DNA from: an uncultured Candidatus Saccharibacteria bacterium
GTDB lineage: Bacteria > Patescibacteriota > Minisyncoccia > Phycocordibacterales > WO2-35-19
Assembly: GCA_964489135.1 (NCBI GenBank)
Contig: CAZAXK010000002.1
Coordinates: forward strand, 25,692-89,691
DNA: 64,000 nt
Direction: 5' to 3'
The stretch's first letter is position 1; every line of letters starts with the position of its first letter. Below are positions 36,996-46,542 of the stretch, piece after piece. The notes under the pieces were generated by a model, which worked only from the letters and a program-made list of their open reading frames with translations, was not told where the DNA came from and did no database searches. The position numbers and the translations under genes were made by a program.

Positions 36996-38396
36996 CTAAA
37001 CCGGCAAGGTAAAGAAGAAGCTCGAGCCCAGGCCATCCTTGGAAACAACCCCCGATTTGCCACCATGAACCTCAGAGAGACCCTTTACGATCGAGAGACC
37101 AAGACCAGTACCTTTCACACCTTCACTTTGCTCCTTGGACTTCACTTGCGAATACATCTTGAACAAATTCGGCAAAAGCTCCGGTGCCACACCAAACCCG
37201 TCATCCGAAACAACAACACAAACCGAAGAAGTTGAGACATTCACATCTTTTTCTTTTGGCAGGATAGGCATCTTGAGAGCTGCGACTCCTTCTGGGAAAG
37301 GTTTGTCTGGTCGTGCAAGAAACGCAGATATAAGTATTTTACCTCCCGGATTGGTAAACTTGAGAGCATTGGACAAAAGGTTGCCGAGCATTTGCTTAAC
37401 CGCTTCCTTATCCATAGAGATCTTCGCAGGCACACTCTTATCTACATAAACTTTCAGATCAATTTTGGCCATATCAGTCGAAACTTTATAGAACATTACT
37501 CTCCCCTCTATAATCTCTCGCAAATCTTGTTCGGACTTATTTATTTCAAACTTGCCTGCTTGAATTTTGGACATGTCGAGCATATCGTTTACAAGCTCCA
37601 TCATTCTGTTAGAGCTTTGGTAGGCCATGGCAACGTACTCTTTGATCTCCGGTCCTTTTATCTTGCCGGACAAAACGAGCTCACTTATTTTGCGAATACC
37701 GTCCAGAGGCGATCGAAGCTCGTGGACAATAATGCTTGTGTATTCTTCTCTGACTCTATTCACCCTTTCCTGCTCACGAGTTACCACCTTCTGCAATGCA
37801 TCGAGGGCCCGAGAGGCCTGCGCGATAATGCGGTAAAGAATAGTCATGTCTTCCTCCTTGTAAAGACCACGCTTTTCATTTGCAATCGTGAGCACACCCC
37901 CAAGCCTGCCCCCCACTACGAGCGGTATATTGAAAAACGAGCCGATTATCCCCGCGCCCGATTCGACTTCTATGGCGCCCGATACGCTCTCAGTTATATT
38001 GGTCTGCGCAACGTTATGACCAAGTGCGCGCAGAGATGCGAGCATCCTCTCCTTCATCTGTAAGAAAAAATTGTGCGTAGTCGGTTTATCAAAATGCACA
38101 TTTAGCTTTACTTTGTCTCCAGACAAAACAACAAACCCGACGGCTGTATAGTCCAAGAACTGCCGCAAGGAGTTTGTGATTATTTCCAATATCTCTTCCA
38201 GATCAAGTGAATACCCCGCTCGGTCACTCAATTCTTTCAAAATCAAAAGCTCATATAATTGACGAGCTGAGACTTCCTTTTCTTTTCTTACTTCCAGCTC
38301 ACGCCTTCGCAGAGAAATTGATAATGAAATAGTGGCGATGGCCGTCGCCAGAAATAGTAGTAGAAATATAGCGCTTACGATAAGCGCAACGTTCAT
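36996..38396 (-). CDS. sensor histidine kinase (N-terminal TM, GAF-like sensor, HisKA plus HATPase)
   Basis: 466 aa. H-box IIVHELRSPLDG, N-box NLLSNALKFT, G-box GTGLGLSIVKG. Confidence 0.85.
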   Translation of the reverse strand: MNVALIVSAIFLLLFLATAIATISLSISLRRRELEVRKEKEVSARQLYELLILKELSDRAGYSLDLEEILEIITNSLRQFLDYTAVGFVVLSGDKVKLNVHFDKPTTHNFFLQMKERMLASLRALGHNVAQTNITESVSGAIEVESGAGIIGSFFNIPLVVGGRLGGVLTIANEKRGLYKEEDMTILYRIIAQASRALDALQKVVTREQERVNRVREEYTSIIVHELRSPLDGIRKISELVLSGKIKGPEIKEYVAMAYQSSNRMMELVNDMLDMSKIQAGKFEINKSEQDLREIIEGRVMFYKVSTDMAKIDLKVYVDKSVPAKISMDKEAVKQMLGNLLSNALKFTNPGGKILISAFLARPDKPFPEGVAALKMPILPKEKDVNVSTSSVCVVVSDDGFGVAPELLPNLFKMYSQVKSKEQSEGVKGTGLGLSIVKGLSEVHGGKSGVVSKDGLGSSFFFTLPV

Positions 38397-38397
38397 G

Positions 38398-38730
38398 TTA
38401 GTTTGCAGTTATACCTCTAAGAAGCTTTTTGGCGCCCAATACCAAGAATATAAACCCAAGGGAGAACAGGATCGTCTGAACCAAATCCTGCCAAACCCCT
38501 ACAAGGAACGGTCGCAAAACCACCGACACCGCCCCAAGCACCATAAAGATCATTCCGAAGCCCAAGTACTGGAGCACCGCCCCAAAGAGTCCCCCACCCA
38601 TTTTATAAGCTGACCGAAAAACGAAGTAGGTAGCAACAATCCCGATAATAATCGCGAGCAGAAAAGAAAGATTGCCAGTAAAGACACTCGCGTATTCTAT
38701 TCCACTGCCTTTTATTGAAGAATTCAACAT
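38398..38730 (-). CDS. small hypothetical membrane protein (3 TM)
   Basis: 110 aa. Immediately upstream of the histidine kinase. Confidence 0.45.
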   Translation of the reverse strand: MLNSSIKGSGIEYASVFTGNLSFLLAIIIGIVATYFVFRSAYKMGGGLFGAVLQYLGFGMIFMVLGAVSVVLRPFLVGVWQDLVQTILFSLGFIFLVLGAKKLLRGITAN

Positions 38731-38751
38731 TTATTTTTGTTCAAATTTAAA

Positions 38752-39051
38752 TTAGGTATTTTTTATTGAAGGGTACTTATCAAATACCGAATTAACAGCA
38801 TTTCTTACTATTTCGCCAGACAGTGCAACATACTCATCAATGAGCTTATGCAAAAGCACCTGCTCATTACCAGAAATGCTTGTAACCTCACCTTGATCAC
38901 TTACAGAAATGCCGGCCACGTTACGCGCCTTTAAGACAGCGATCTGGGGACCAAGAATTACGCTTTGCTTCCTGATGATCTCAGTAAATATTTGTTTGTA
39001 ATCGTCTTTGGAGGGCTCCATATACAGATGCATTATATAAGAGGATAGCAA
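38752..39051 (-). CDS. hypothetical protein
   Basis: 99 aa. The track ORF starts at TTG. Internal ATG candidates at 39033 and 39021. No recognisable motif. Confidence 0.35.
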   Translation of the reverse strand: MLSSYIMHLYMEPSKDDYKQIFTEIIRKQSVILGPQIAVLKARNVAGISVSDQGEVTSISGNEQVLLHKLIDEYVALSGEIVRNAVNSVFDKYPSIKNT

Positions 39052-39075
39052 AAATATCCCAGCGAGTGTGGATAC

Positions 39076-39645
39076 TTATGCCAGGTTCTTGCGAGCTTCC
39101 TTCATTACTCTAGCCCAAAAGACGAGCGACTTGAGCATATCTACAGCATTCTTTGACTGTCGCTCGGTAAATTTATAAAGATGATTTTCGTCAAGATTCT
39201 CCCAATAGTTCGGTAGGAGTATCTGCTCTCGGAGATCAAAGACCTTCAACTCCCCCATCACGCCCCTTAGGTGTTCTACGGCGCGCGAACCACCCGCAGC
39301 CGAGCCATAGCTCACAAACACCGCCGGTTTGTAATTCCATTCCTTATACAAGTAGTCAATCGCATTTTTTAGCGCTCCAGGGATTGAGTGGTTGTATTCG
39401 GGAGTAACAAAAACAAACCCATCAGCTCCATCTACTATCTCTGACCATTTTTTCGTATGATCATGTTCATATTTTTGCTCCATGGGGGGATTCTTTTCGT
39501 CTAGGAGAGGCAGGTTTAGCTCTTCTATATCAATAAGTTCGAACTCAGCCTCTTTATTTTCATCTGCAATCTTTTTTAGCCACTGAGACGGTTGAAGATT
39601 AAACTTTCCGGGGCGTGTCGAGCCTGCGATTATTTTTATTTTCAT
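39076..39645 (-). CDS. NAD(P)H-dependent FMN reductase (flavodoxin-like fold)
   Basis: 189 aa. MKIKIIAGSTRPGKFN, FVFVTPEYNHSIPGALKNAIDY. Confidence 0.75.
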   Translation of the reverse strand: MKIKIIAGSTRPGKFNLQPSQWLKKIADENKEAEFELIDIEELNLPLLDEKNPPMEQKYEHDHTKKWSEIVDGADGFVFVTPEYNHSIPGALKNAIDYLYKEWNYKPAVFVSYGSAAGGSRAVEHLRGVMGELKVFDLREQILLPNYWENLDENHLYKFTERQSKNAVDMLKSLVFWARVMKEARKNLA

Positions 39646-39675
39646 CGTTTTTGTTGGTTAGAGTGATTGTAATTC

Positions 39676-39751
39676 GGGGTGACCAGTGGGTTCTGCCCCC
39701 ACGACCTCCGCTTCCACAGAGCGGCGCTCTACTAGCTGAGCTATGATCACC
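39676..39751 (-). tRNA. tRNA-His (anticodon GTG) with encoded G-1 and a non-canonical T-loop
   Basis: Minus strand: G GTGATCA TA GCTC AGCTAGTA GAGC G CCGCT CTGTGGA AGCGG AGGTC GTGGG GGCAGAA CCCAC TGGTCAC C CC. Stems align one-to-one with E. coli tRNA-His. T-loop is GGCAGAA rather than TTCGAAT. 3' end encoded as CCG. Confidence 0.6.
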
Positions 39752-39836
39752 ATCAAAAAGCTTAGAGCTAATAGTTTTTAGCTTTAAGTAGCAACATTCT
39801 TGCACAAAAATACGTATTTTTCCAGTTTTTCCTTTT

Positions 39837-39894
39837 CCCCTCGCATCAGACGAGGGGAGGGGGTAATTTTGCTTTAGCAAAATGGGGTGAGGTC
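39837..39894 (-). repeat. divergent member (copy C) of the GC-rich repeat family, 3' of the adenosyltransferase gene
   Basis: On the plus strand: CCCCTCG-catcaga-CGAGGGG, agggggtaa, ttttgct-t-tagcaaaa, tGGGGTGAGGTCtgaaat. Shares the CCCCTCGC start and the GGGGTGAGGTC(g/t)GAAAT end with copy B. Confidence 0.45.
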
Positions 39895-39912
39895 TGAAAT
39901 GAAATTGAAAAA

Positions 39913-40560
39913 CTATCGATAATCCGGAGCTTCTTCCGTTATACCGGCGAGGAAATTCGAGTAGCGAGCCAAAGCATAGAGAATACTTGAAAGACGATTG
40001 AGATAGCTTCGAGTATATTGGCCGATCCCTTTCTGAATCTGTTCCTTGGAGGTTACTCCGCCGTTTTTCTCGCCATTTTCAAAAAGCGACATGGTCTGCG
40101 CCTCGGCAACTGCAGTCACTCGCCTCTCAGCGCGTCTTGCTATGGTGCGGGCGATATCGAATATTGCCCCAAGCCCCGCTCCCGCCATTTCGTCCTTGGT
40201 TATCTCCGACGGACCGCCGGATATAAAGAAAGATTTTATCGGAGGCAACTTGGCTTCGATTTTATTTATGAGCTCTTCAACTTCCTTAACCTTGGCTTCT
40301 TCTATACTCTTGTCTGCCCCAGCAAGCTCTGCCTGAATTATGAAAAGGTTCCTCTGAATGTCGTGCACAATCTGACAGAGCGGTATGCCCTCCAAGCTAT
40401 AGCCCAGATAGGCCGACTGGACTTTGCAGAGTCCGAGGAACGAGTTGATCTCATCCATACTCCCAAGGGCCTCCGCTATCGCTGAGGATTTAGAAATACG
40501 TTGATCACAGCCAAAAACCTTGGTTGTGCCGTTGTCCCCTTTGCCAGTAAACAGTGCCAT
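39913..40560 (-). CDS. ATP:cob(I)alamin adenosyltransferase, PduO-type
   Basis: 215 aa. MALFTGKGDNGTTKVFG N-terminal motif. Confidence 0.65.
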   Translation of the reverse strand: MALFTGKGDNGTTKVFGCDQRISKSSAIAEALGSMDEINSFLGLCKVQSAYLGYSLEGIPLCQIVHDIQRNLFIIQAELAGADKSIEEAKVKEVEELINKIEAKLPPIKSFFISGGPSEITKDEMAGAGLGAIFDIARTIARRAERRVTAVAEAQTMSLFENGEKNGGVTSKEQIQKGIGQYTRSYLNRLSSILYALARYSNFLAGITEEAPDYR

Positions 40561-40622
40561 AATGTCCGCACTATACCAGAGTTTGGGGCGATATCAAGAC
40601 AAAATTTCTATGTGCACAAATG

Positions 40623-40650
40623 AAAAAGCCCCTTTCGGGGTTTTCTTTTG
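40623..40650 (-). terminator. intrinsic terminator after tRNA-Leu
   Basis: GCCCC-tttc-GGGG flanked by A5 upstream and TTTTCTTTT downstream. Bidirectional in form. Confidence 0.55.
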
Positions 40651-40732
40651 TGCACGGGAGAGGACTTGAACCTCCAAGGATTGCTCCATACGCACCTCAA
40701 GCGTACGCGTATACCAGTTCCGCCACCCGTGC
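40651..40732 (-). tRNA. tRNA-Leu (anticodon GAG), type II with long variable arm
   Basis: Minus strand: GCACGGG TG GCG GAACTGGTATA CGC G TACGC TTGAGGT GCGTA TGGAGCAATCCTT GGAGG TTCAAGT CCTCT CCCGTGC A. CCA not encoded. Confidence 0.75.
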
Positions 40733-40772
40733 AATAGAGCCCATTATAAACCAAAATTGGTATTTTTCAATC

Positions 40773-40803
40773 AAAAAATCGCCCTGATTTTTGGCGATTT
40801 TTT
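40773..40803 (-). terminator. intrinsic terminator after rplS
   Basis: aaaaaATCGCC-ctgattttt-GGCGATtttttt. Confidence 0.55.
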
Positions 40804-40820
40804 GATTTTTATTATTTGAA

Positions 40821-41294
40821 TTATTCTGTCTTGGTTTCTTCCGTGGTTTCTACCGCTTCCGCCACCCCCTCTTTTGTTTCCTCTGCCTTCGTTTCCTCTA
40901 CCGGTTCTTCGTAGGAATTGTCTGGCAAGTTCTGGATATTTCTCATCTGGCGACGGATCTCTTTGGCAGCCTTGTCGCGGATATGGTAGAGCTTGGCTCG
41001 CCTTACCTTGGATCGTCTTACCACCTCGATCTTATCGATCATTGGCGAGTAAAGTGGGAAAATTCGTTCTACGCCCACACCACTTGCTGTCTTGCGGATT
41101 GTAAATGTAGCACCTGCTTCTTTGCCATGCTTAACAGCGAGACAAAGACCTTCAAAAGCTTGCAGACGTACTTTCGGCTTGCCGGTCTTCTTGTCTTTTT
41201 CGGTGATTTTCTGAGTCACGCGAATAGTGTCTCCACTTCTTATATCGAGATTTTTCCTTTCGCCTATATTTACTGGTGAGATAATCTTTTGCAT
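40821..41294 (-). CDS. rplS: 50S ribosomal protein L19 (with acidic C-terminal extension)
   Basis: 157 aa. Core L19, then EETKAEETKEGVAEAVETTEETKTE tail. Confidence 0.8.
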   Translation of the reverse strand: MQKIISPVNIGERKNLDIRSGDTIRVTQKITEKDKKTGKPKVRLQAFEGLCLAVKHGKEAGATFTIRKTASGVGVERIFPLYSPMIDKIEVVRRSKVRRAKLYHIRDKAAKEIRRQMRNIQNLPDNSYEEPVEETKAEETKEGVAEAVETTEETKTE

Positions 41295-41295
41295 T

Positions 41296-42144
41296 TTAGT
41301 TTTTTTGCTTTCCTACTTTCCTTCGGCTCACAATATACTTATTCGAATACTTCTTCGACTTCCTAGACTTCTGACCCTTGCCAGTCGGCTTACCCCAAAG
41401 AGAAATAGCTCTCCTTCGGCCTCTACCCTGTCTACCTTCACCACCTCCGTGTGGGTGGTCTACTGGGTTCATGGCGGTACCACGTACTGTCGGTCGGATA
41501 CCCTTCCAGCGTGAACGTCCGGCTTTGCCAAGATTTTCGAGTTGTTTCTCGCTATTGCCCACTTCACCGATCGATGCTGAGCAAATATCGCGAACCTTTC
41601 TTATTTCGCTCGATGGCAACTTTATATCCACAAGGCCCGCGTCTTTAGCGATAACTTGTGCAAAGCTGCCGGCCGAACGGACCATCTTCGCCCCAGATTT
41701 TGGCTTTATTTCAATATTGTATACAAATGTGCCGACCGGAATATCTCGGAGCAATGTTCGATTGCCCGGAATTATAGGAGCGTTCTCAGCCACTATCCTT
41801 TCTTCCCCCACCTCAACACCCTTGGGCAAAAGCACATAGCGCTTCTCACCGTCTTTGTAGACTGCAAGGCCAATGAAGCCGGTTCGATTGGGATCATATT
41901 CTACCGAGGTGATCTTGAAAGGAATGCCAATTTTATCGTATTTGAAATCGATCATTCGATAGAGCTTCTTGTGCCCTCCCCCTTTGTGACGCACAGTTAT
42001 GCGGCCCACATTGTTTCTACCAACGGCCCTCTTGCGTCCAAAAGTAAGAGCTTTTTCTGGGCCCTTTTTAGAAAGCACCGTCGAGTACTTTATGACCGAC
42101 ATGTGGCGTCTCGATTTGGTTGTAGGTTTGTAGGTCTTGATCAT
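41296..42144 (-). CDS. rplB: 50S ribosomal protein L2
   Basis: 282 aa. GGGHKKLYRMIDF...HPHGGGEGR. Confidence 0.9.
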   Translation of the reverse strand: MIKTYKPTTKSRRHMSVIKYSTVLSKKGPEKALTFGRKRAVGRNNVGRITVRHKGGGHKKLYRMIDFKYDKIGIPFKITSVEYDPNRTGFIGLAVYKDGEKRYVLLPKGVEVGEERIVAENAPIIPGNRTLLRDIPVGTFVYNIEIKPKSGAKMVRSAGSFAQVIAKDAGLVDIKLPSSEIRKVRDICSASIGEVGNSEKQLENLGKAGRSRWKGIRPTVRGTAMNPVDHPHGGGEGRQGRGRRRAISLWGKPTGKGQKSRKSKKYSNKYIVSRRKVGKQKN

Positions 42145-42148
42145 GGTT

Positions 42149-42442
42149 TTAATATTCTATCTTGTCTTTCTTGTTAAGGTACACATAAGCCTTCTTGACG
42201 CCTTGCTTTAACCCCTTCTTGCCTCGCACGATAACCTGCTTGGCCGGATTGGTAGCAATGGTCACCTTGATTGGGTCTACACCATAAAACGCCTTGACGG
42301 CCTTTCTGACCTGTAATTTGGTGGCTGTCCTCGCAATCTCAAAAGTATGTACGTTCTTTTCGGAAACGCTGTTGGCCTTCTCGGTTATCCTTGGTCTTAG
42401 GATTACATGTGCGTATTTTGCTTTTTCGGGGTTCGTTGCCAT
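42149..42442 (-). CDS. rplW: 50S ribosomal protein L23
   Basis: Trimmed to ATG 42440-42442 (MATNPEKAKYAHVILRP...), which abuts the rplD stop. Confidence 0.8.
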   Translation of the reverse strand: MATNPEKAKYAHVILRPRITEKANSVSEKNVHTFEIARTATKLQVRKAVKAFYGVDPIKVTIATNPAKQVIVRGKKGLKQGVKKAYVYLNKKDKIEY

Positions 42443-42443
42443 T

Positions 42444-43103
42444 TTATTTTGCTCTTTTTGCCAAAACTTCAACTGATTTCTCCGGGTTTTCTATTATCAA
42501 AAATTTGTATTTCAAAACATCGACAGGGTTTAGATCTTGGGTCTTGCCAATCTCGAGGTTTGCAAAGTTTCTAAAACTTTTGAGTGCACCTTCCTTGACC
42601 TCAAACAAAGAAACAAAGCCAGCATTTTTCTTGGCAGACAGTTTCTCAAAGCCCTTAATCTTCGCAAGCGACGTCAAAACCTTTTTGGCCTCGGCCGTCT
42701 TCGGAGTACCCATATCCAAACTTTCTACAAAGATAACTTTGCCTTCTTTGAGCTTCTGAGAAAGTACGGAGAACAAAGCACCTGCTCTCATCTTCTTATT
42801 GATCTTGGAGTCGTAATTACGATCATTTCTTGGCCCATGAGAAATACCTCCACCTACCCAGATCGGGCTTCTTCTTGAACCATGACGAGCCCTACCGGTA
42901 CCTTTCTGTTTCCATGGCTTCTTGCCGGTACCGCTAACTTCGCCTCTGTTCTTGGTATGAGCTATAGGAGTTCGAGCATTAGCCATCATAGCGGTTACAA
43001 CTTGCTGAACCAAAGCTTCGTTCCACTTTGCACCAAACACCGCCTCTGGCAACTTTATTTTGCCACTCTCCTGTCCTTTTTGGTTATAAACGATTGATTC
43101 CAT
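42444..43103 (-). CDS. rplD: 50S ribosomal protein L4
   Basis: Trimmed to ATG 43101-43103 (MESIVYNQKGQ...). Confidence 0.85.
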   Translation of the reverse strand: MESIVYNQKGQESGKIKLPEAVFGAKWNEALVQQVVTAMMANARTPIAHTKNRGEVSGTGKKPWKQKGTGRARHGSRRSPIWVGGGISHGPRNDRNYDSKINKKMRAGALFSVLSQKLKEGKVIFVESLDMGTPKTAEAKKVLTSLAKIKGFEKLSAKKNAGFVSLFEVKEGALKSFRNFANLEIGKTQDLNPVDVLKYKFLIIENPEKSVEVLAKRAK

Positions 43104-43172
43104 GATTGTAAGTTGCAAGTTTATCAAGTTTTTAAAGTATAAAGTATATTGAAGTATTTGACTTGATGAACT

Positions 43173-43790
43173 TTATGAACTTTTTACTTCTACTAAGGTT
43201 CCTCGTCTGCCCGGTATCGCACCAGAAACCATGATCGTATTGTTCTCCTTATCCAAAGCAATTATTTCGAGGTTTTTGACCGTTACTCTGTCACCACCCA
43301 TTCGTCCGGCCATACGCATTCCTTTGGCCACGCGACCTCCGTCGCGACCACCTCCACCAATAGATCCTGGCTCTCTCTCGGAGTGCTTCTGACCGTGGCT
43401 TCGTGGGCCACCCCCGAATCCATGCCTTTTGACCACACCTTGAAATCCTTTACCTTTGGAGATACCGGCAACAGTTACCTTATCACCAACAGCAAAGATG
43501 TCAGGCGACACAACGTCACCTTTCTTCATCTCTCCTACGTCCTCAATTCTGCTTTCTTTAATTACTGCAAAGGATCCAAGATCTTTGGTGTGGCCCTTTA
43601 CTGCCTTCGATACATTCTTGCCACTTACTTTTCCAAAGCCAAATTGAAGGGCGTTGTAGCCATCTTTCTCTTTGGTTTTCACCTGAGTTACAGTCATGGC
43701 TCCGGTGGTCAAGACCGTTGCTGGCCTCACCTTTCCGTCCTCGCCAAAAACTTGAACCATGTTTTCTTTTTTTGCCAAAATGAATTTCAT
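43173..43790 (-). CDS. rplC: 50S ribosomal protein L3
   Basis: Trimmed to ATG 43788-43790 (MKFILAKKENMVQVFGEDGK...). Gly-rich C-terminal region. Confidence 0.85.
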   Translation of the reverse strand: MKFILAKKENMVQVFGEDGKVRPATVLTTGAMTVTQVKTKEKDGYNALQFGFGKVSGKNVSKAVKGHTKDLGSFAVIKESRIEDVGEMKKGDVVSPDIFAVGDKVTVAGISKGKGFQGVVKRHGFGGGPRSHGQKHSEREPGSIGGGGRDGGRVAKGMRMAGRMGGDRVTVKNLEIIALDKENNTIMVSGAIPGRRGTLVEVKSS

Positions 43791-43942
43791 ATCGTAAGAA
43801 AAAGCCCCATATGGCTTTCGAACAAATTTAACAGATATGCAAGAATTATGCAAGCTCTAAGCAGTCTTTTTCTCTCCTCCAAAACAAAAGCCACCCTTCG
43901 ACAAGCTTGAGGTGGCTTTTGCACGCGATTTTTATCTCAGCG

Positions 43943-44308
43943 TTATATGATCTTTACATCAATCGAAACCCCGCTTGGCAGAGAGAGATTGGTAAGAGCC
44001 TCCATAATCTTGGGTGTTGGGCTAATTATATCTATAACCCTCCTATGCACCCGCATCTCAAACTGCTCTCGCGAGTTCTTGTAGACGAATGGAGATCGAT
44101 TGACTGTATATTTCTTGATTTCTGTGGGTAGAGGCACCGGACCAACAACCTGTGCATCGTAGCGCAAAGCCGTATCGATTATCTGCTTTACAGATAAATC
44201 CAATACTTTGTATTCGTAGGCCTTGACTCTTATGCGCAATTTCGAAACCGCTTCTTCCTTTTTGGAAGAGCTCTTTTTCTTTGTTGTTTTTAAGGTGCTT
44301 TCAGACAT
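43943..44308 (-). CDS. rpsJ: 30S ribosomal protein S10 (with K/S-rich N-terminal extension)
   Basis: 121 aa. ...[15 protein letters not shown] core. Confidence 0.85.
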   Translation of the reverse strand: MSESTLKTTKKKSSSKKEEAVSKLRIRVKAYEYKVLDLSVKQIIDTALRYDAQVVGPVPLPTEIKKYTVNRSPFVYKNSREQFEMRVHRRVIDIISPTPKIMEALTNLSLPSGVSIDVKII

Positions 44309-44336
44309 TTTGGTGATCTTACCTGAAGCTTAATTG

Positions 44337-45539
44337 TTATGCAACTATCTTGGTTACCACTCCGGCTCCCACAGTCTTGCCACCTTCACGGATAGCAAAG
44401 CGCTGTTGAGCTTCCAGAGCGACCGGAGCCACAAGCTTTACCTTGAAGGTTACGGTGTCTCCCGGCATAACCATTTCTACTCCTTCAGCGAGAGTCACCT
44501 CTCCTGTTACGTCGGTTGTTCGGATGTAAAACTGAGGTTTGTAGCCAGTAAAGAATGGGGTGTGGCGACCACCTTCTTCCTTCTTCAAGATGTAGACCTC
44601 AGCTTCAAAGTCGGTGTGAGGAGTCACTGAGCCCGGCTTAGCAATAACCTGACCTCGGTGGACGTCTTCTTTCTTCAAGCCACGGAGGAGGATACCAGCG
44701 TTGTCGCCAGCCATACCTTCATTGAGTTGCTTGTTGAACATTTCGATACCGGTGATGGTGGTCTTCTGAGCATCGCGCAGGCCGATTACTTCAACTTCTT
44801 CGCCAACCTTAGCAATACCTCTTTCTATCTTACCAGTTACCACTGTACCTCGGCCTTCAATAGAGAAGATGTCTTCTATTGGCATGAGGAATGGCTTTTC
44901 TGTATCGCGAACTGGATTTGGAATGTAAGAGTCGAGAGTGGTGATAAGCTCCATAACCTTTTGAGCCCATTCATCATCCATGCTCTTGGCTTCCAAAGCC
45001 TTGAGGCCAGAACCGCGGATAATTGGAGTATTTGCACCGTCGTATTGGTTCTTGGTCAAAAGATCGCGGATTTCTTCTTCTACCAAGTCGATCATGTCCT
45101 TATCAGGCACCATGTCGCACTTGTTTAGGAATACGATTATTCGAGGCACACCCACTTGGCGAGCAAGAAGGACGTGCTCTCTGGTCTGAGGCATCGCGCC
45201 GTCTGTAGCAGCGACGACAAGTACCGCGCCGTCCATTTGAGCGGCACCGGTGATCATGTTCTTGATGTAGTCGGCGTGGCCCGGAGCGTCAATGTGAGCA
45301 TAGTGTCTCCCTGGAGTCCAGTATTCTGAGTGGTGAAGAGCAATTGTAATACCTCTCGCCTTTTCTTCTGGAGCATTGTCGATATTATCGACTGCTTCTA
45401 CTCGGGCACCAAAGCCCTTGTCCTTGTTCATATCGAGAACATGGAGGATGGAGGCGGTGAGAGTGGTCTTGCCGTGGTCAACGTGGCCAATTGTGCCGAC
45501 GTTTACGTGTGGCTTCGAACGATCAAATGTATCTGCCAT
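44337..45539 (-). CDS. tuf: elongation factor Tu
   Basis: 400 aa. [22 protein letters not shown] motifs. Confidence 0.95.
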   Translation of the reverse strand: MADTFDRSKPHVNVGTIGHVDHGKTTLTASILHVLDMNKDKGFGARVEAVDNIDNAPEEKARGITIALHHSEYWTPGRHYAHIDAPGHADYIKNMITGAAQMDGAVLVVAATDGAMPQTREHVLLARQVGVPRIIVFLNKCDMVPDKDMIDLVEEEIRDLLTKNQYDGANTPIIRGSGLKALEAKSMDDEWAQKVMELITTLDSYIPNPVRDTEKPFLMPIEDIFSIEGRGTVVTGKIERGIAKVGEEVEVIGLRDAQKTTITGIEMFNKQLNEGMAGDNAGILLRGLKKEDVHRGQVIAKPGSVTPHTDFEAEVYILKKEEGGRHTPFFTGYKPQFYIRTTDVTGEVTLAEGVEMVMPGDTVTFKVKLVAPVALEAQQRFAIREGGKTVGAGVVTKIVA

Positions 45540-45662
45540 ATTTTTATAATTAAATCTTGTTATTAATTCTAAATTTCAAATCTTGGAACAGGCTTCCAGT
45601 TTGCCAAAAATAAACAAAATACTTCGGACAAAGAAAAACCTGCTCCGCCGATCATCTGAAAC

Positions 45663-45690
45663 ATAATAGCAAAACCAGAGGCCCTGTCAA
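45663..45690 (-). promoter_or_regulatory. putative sigma-70 promoter for the tuf-rpsJ operon (TTGACA-N16-TATTAT on the minus strand)
   Basis: Reverse complement: tgtcaa at 45685-45690, ataata at 45663-45668. Confidence 0.35.
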
Positions 45691-45711
45691 ACCTTTATAA
45701 ATCTTTGGCAT

Positions 45712-46215
45712 CTAATCTTCAAACCGGCCGGTAACCCACTCGAATTCTGATTGCCAATTACGACCCGAGCAACTCCATCCGGGGCTAGACTGCGACACCC
45801 CAGAAATACTTTCAAGATCTACCACGCCCAAAACGTAGTAAGCCCCTCTGCCGACAGGACAACTATAGTCCCCTGCGGCATATCGATAGTAGCGATAATT
45901 ACCACAAGAGTCGTTGGTTGAGGGGTCTGACAAATCTTTCATCATGTTGTTTGAGGCAAGCGGAGTAATAAAGCTCCCATTGCCCGGCGTGTCCCACCCG
46001 CCGCAACCAGCATTGTCGGAATTTGGATATTGATTGAAGGTTAGGCGATAAACTTCGAGAGCATTCATCATCTGCCTCATTTCCGAGAGTCTTTTGGCAT
46101 CTCTCGCTTTGTTGCGAGCCCCATTCAAAGCCGAAAGCACTATGGAGGACAGCACACCGATGATCGCGATAACCACAAGTAGTTCTATTAACGTAAACCC
46201 CCTATTTCTATACAT
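45712..46215 (-). CDS. type IV pilin/pseudopilin (prepilin-type N-terminal methylation domain)
   Basis: 167 aa. MYRNRGFTLIELLVVIAIIGVLSSIVL prepilin signal. Confidence 0.8.
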   Translation of the reverse strand: MYRNRGFTLIELLVVIAIIGVLSSIVLSALNGARNKARDAKRLSEMRQMMNALEVYRLTFNQYPNSDNAGCGGWDTPGNGSFITPLASNNMMKDLSDPSTNDSCGNYRYYRYAAGDYSCPVGRGAYYVLGVVDLESISGVSQSSPGWSCSGRNWQSEFEWVTGRFED

Positions 46216-46228
46216 CTAAATCTATAAA

Positions 46229-46528
46229 TTACACAAATATCTCTGTGGTGGTTCTCTTGAGGCGCGACATTTCATCGGCCACCACATCTTTGAATCCTGA
46301 GACTCGCTCTTTTAGAAACTCGATTACTTTTTGGTAATCGTCACCCGCGTTAGTAATAATTTGGTCAAAATCATTCATGGTCGGCTCGTCCATAAGCTCT
46401 ACGGACCGCTCAACGACATATTCAAACAAGATCCCCCCAATCTTTTCGATACATTTATTCTGGTCTTCCTCGGTCATCTCGGAAAGCCCGAAGTCGCTGA
46501 TTATTTTTTTTCTTAAATTTTCATCCAT
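46229..46528 (-). CDS. hypothetical acidic small protein
   Basis: 99 aa. No recognisable motifs. Confidence 0.4.
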   Translation of the reverse strand: MDENLRKKIISDFGLSEMTEEDQNKCIEKIGGILFEYVVERSVELMDEPTMNDFDQIITNAGDDYQKVIEFLKERVSGFKDVVADEMSRLKRTTTEIFV

Positions 46529-46542
46529 TAGCTTTGTTTATT

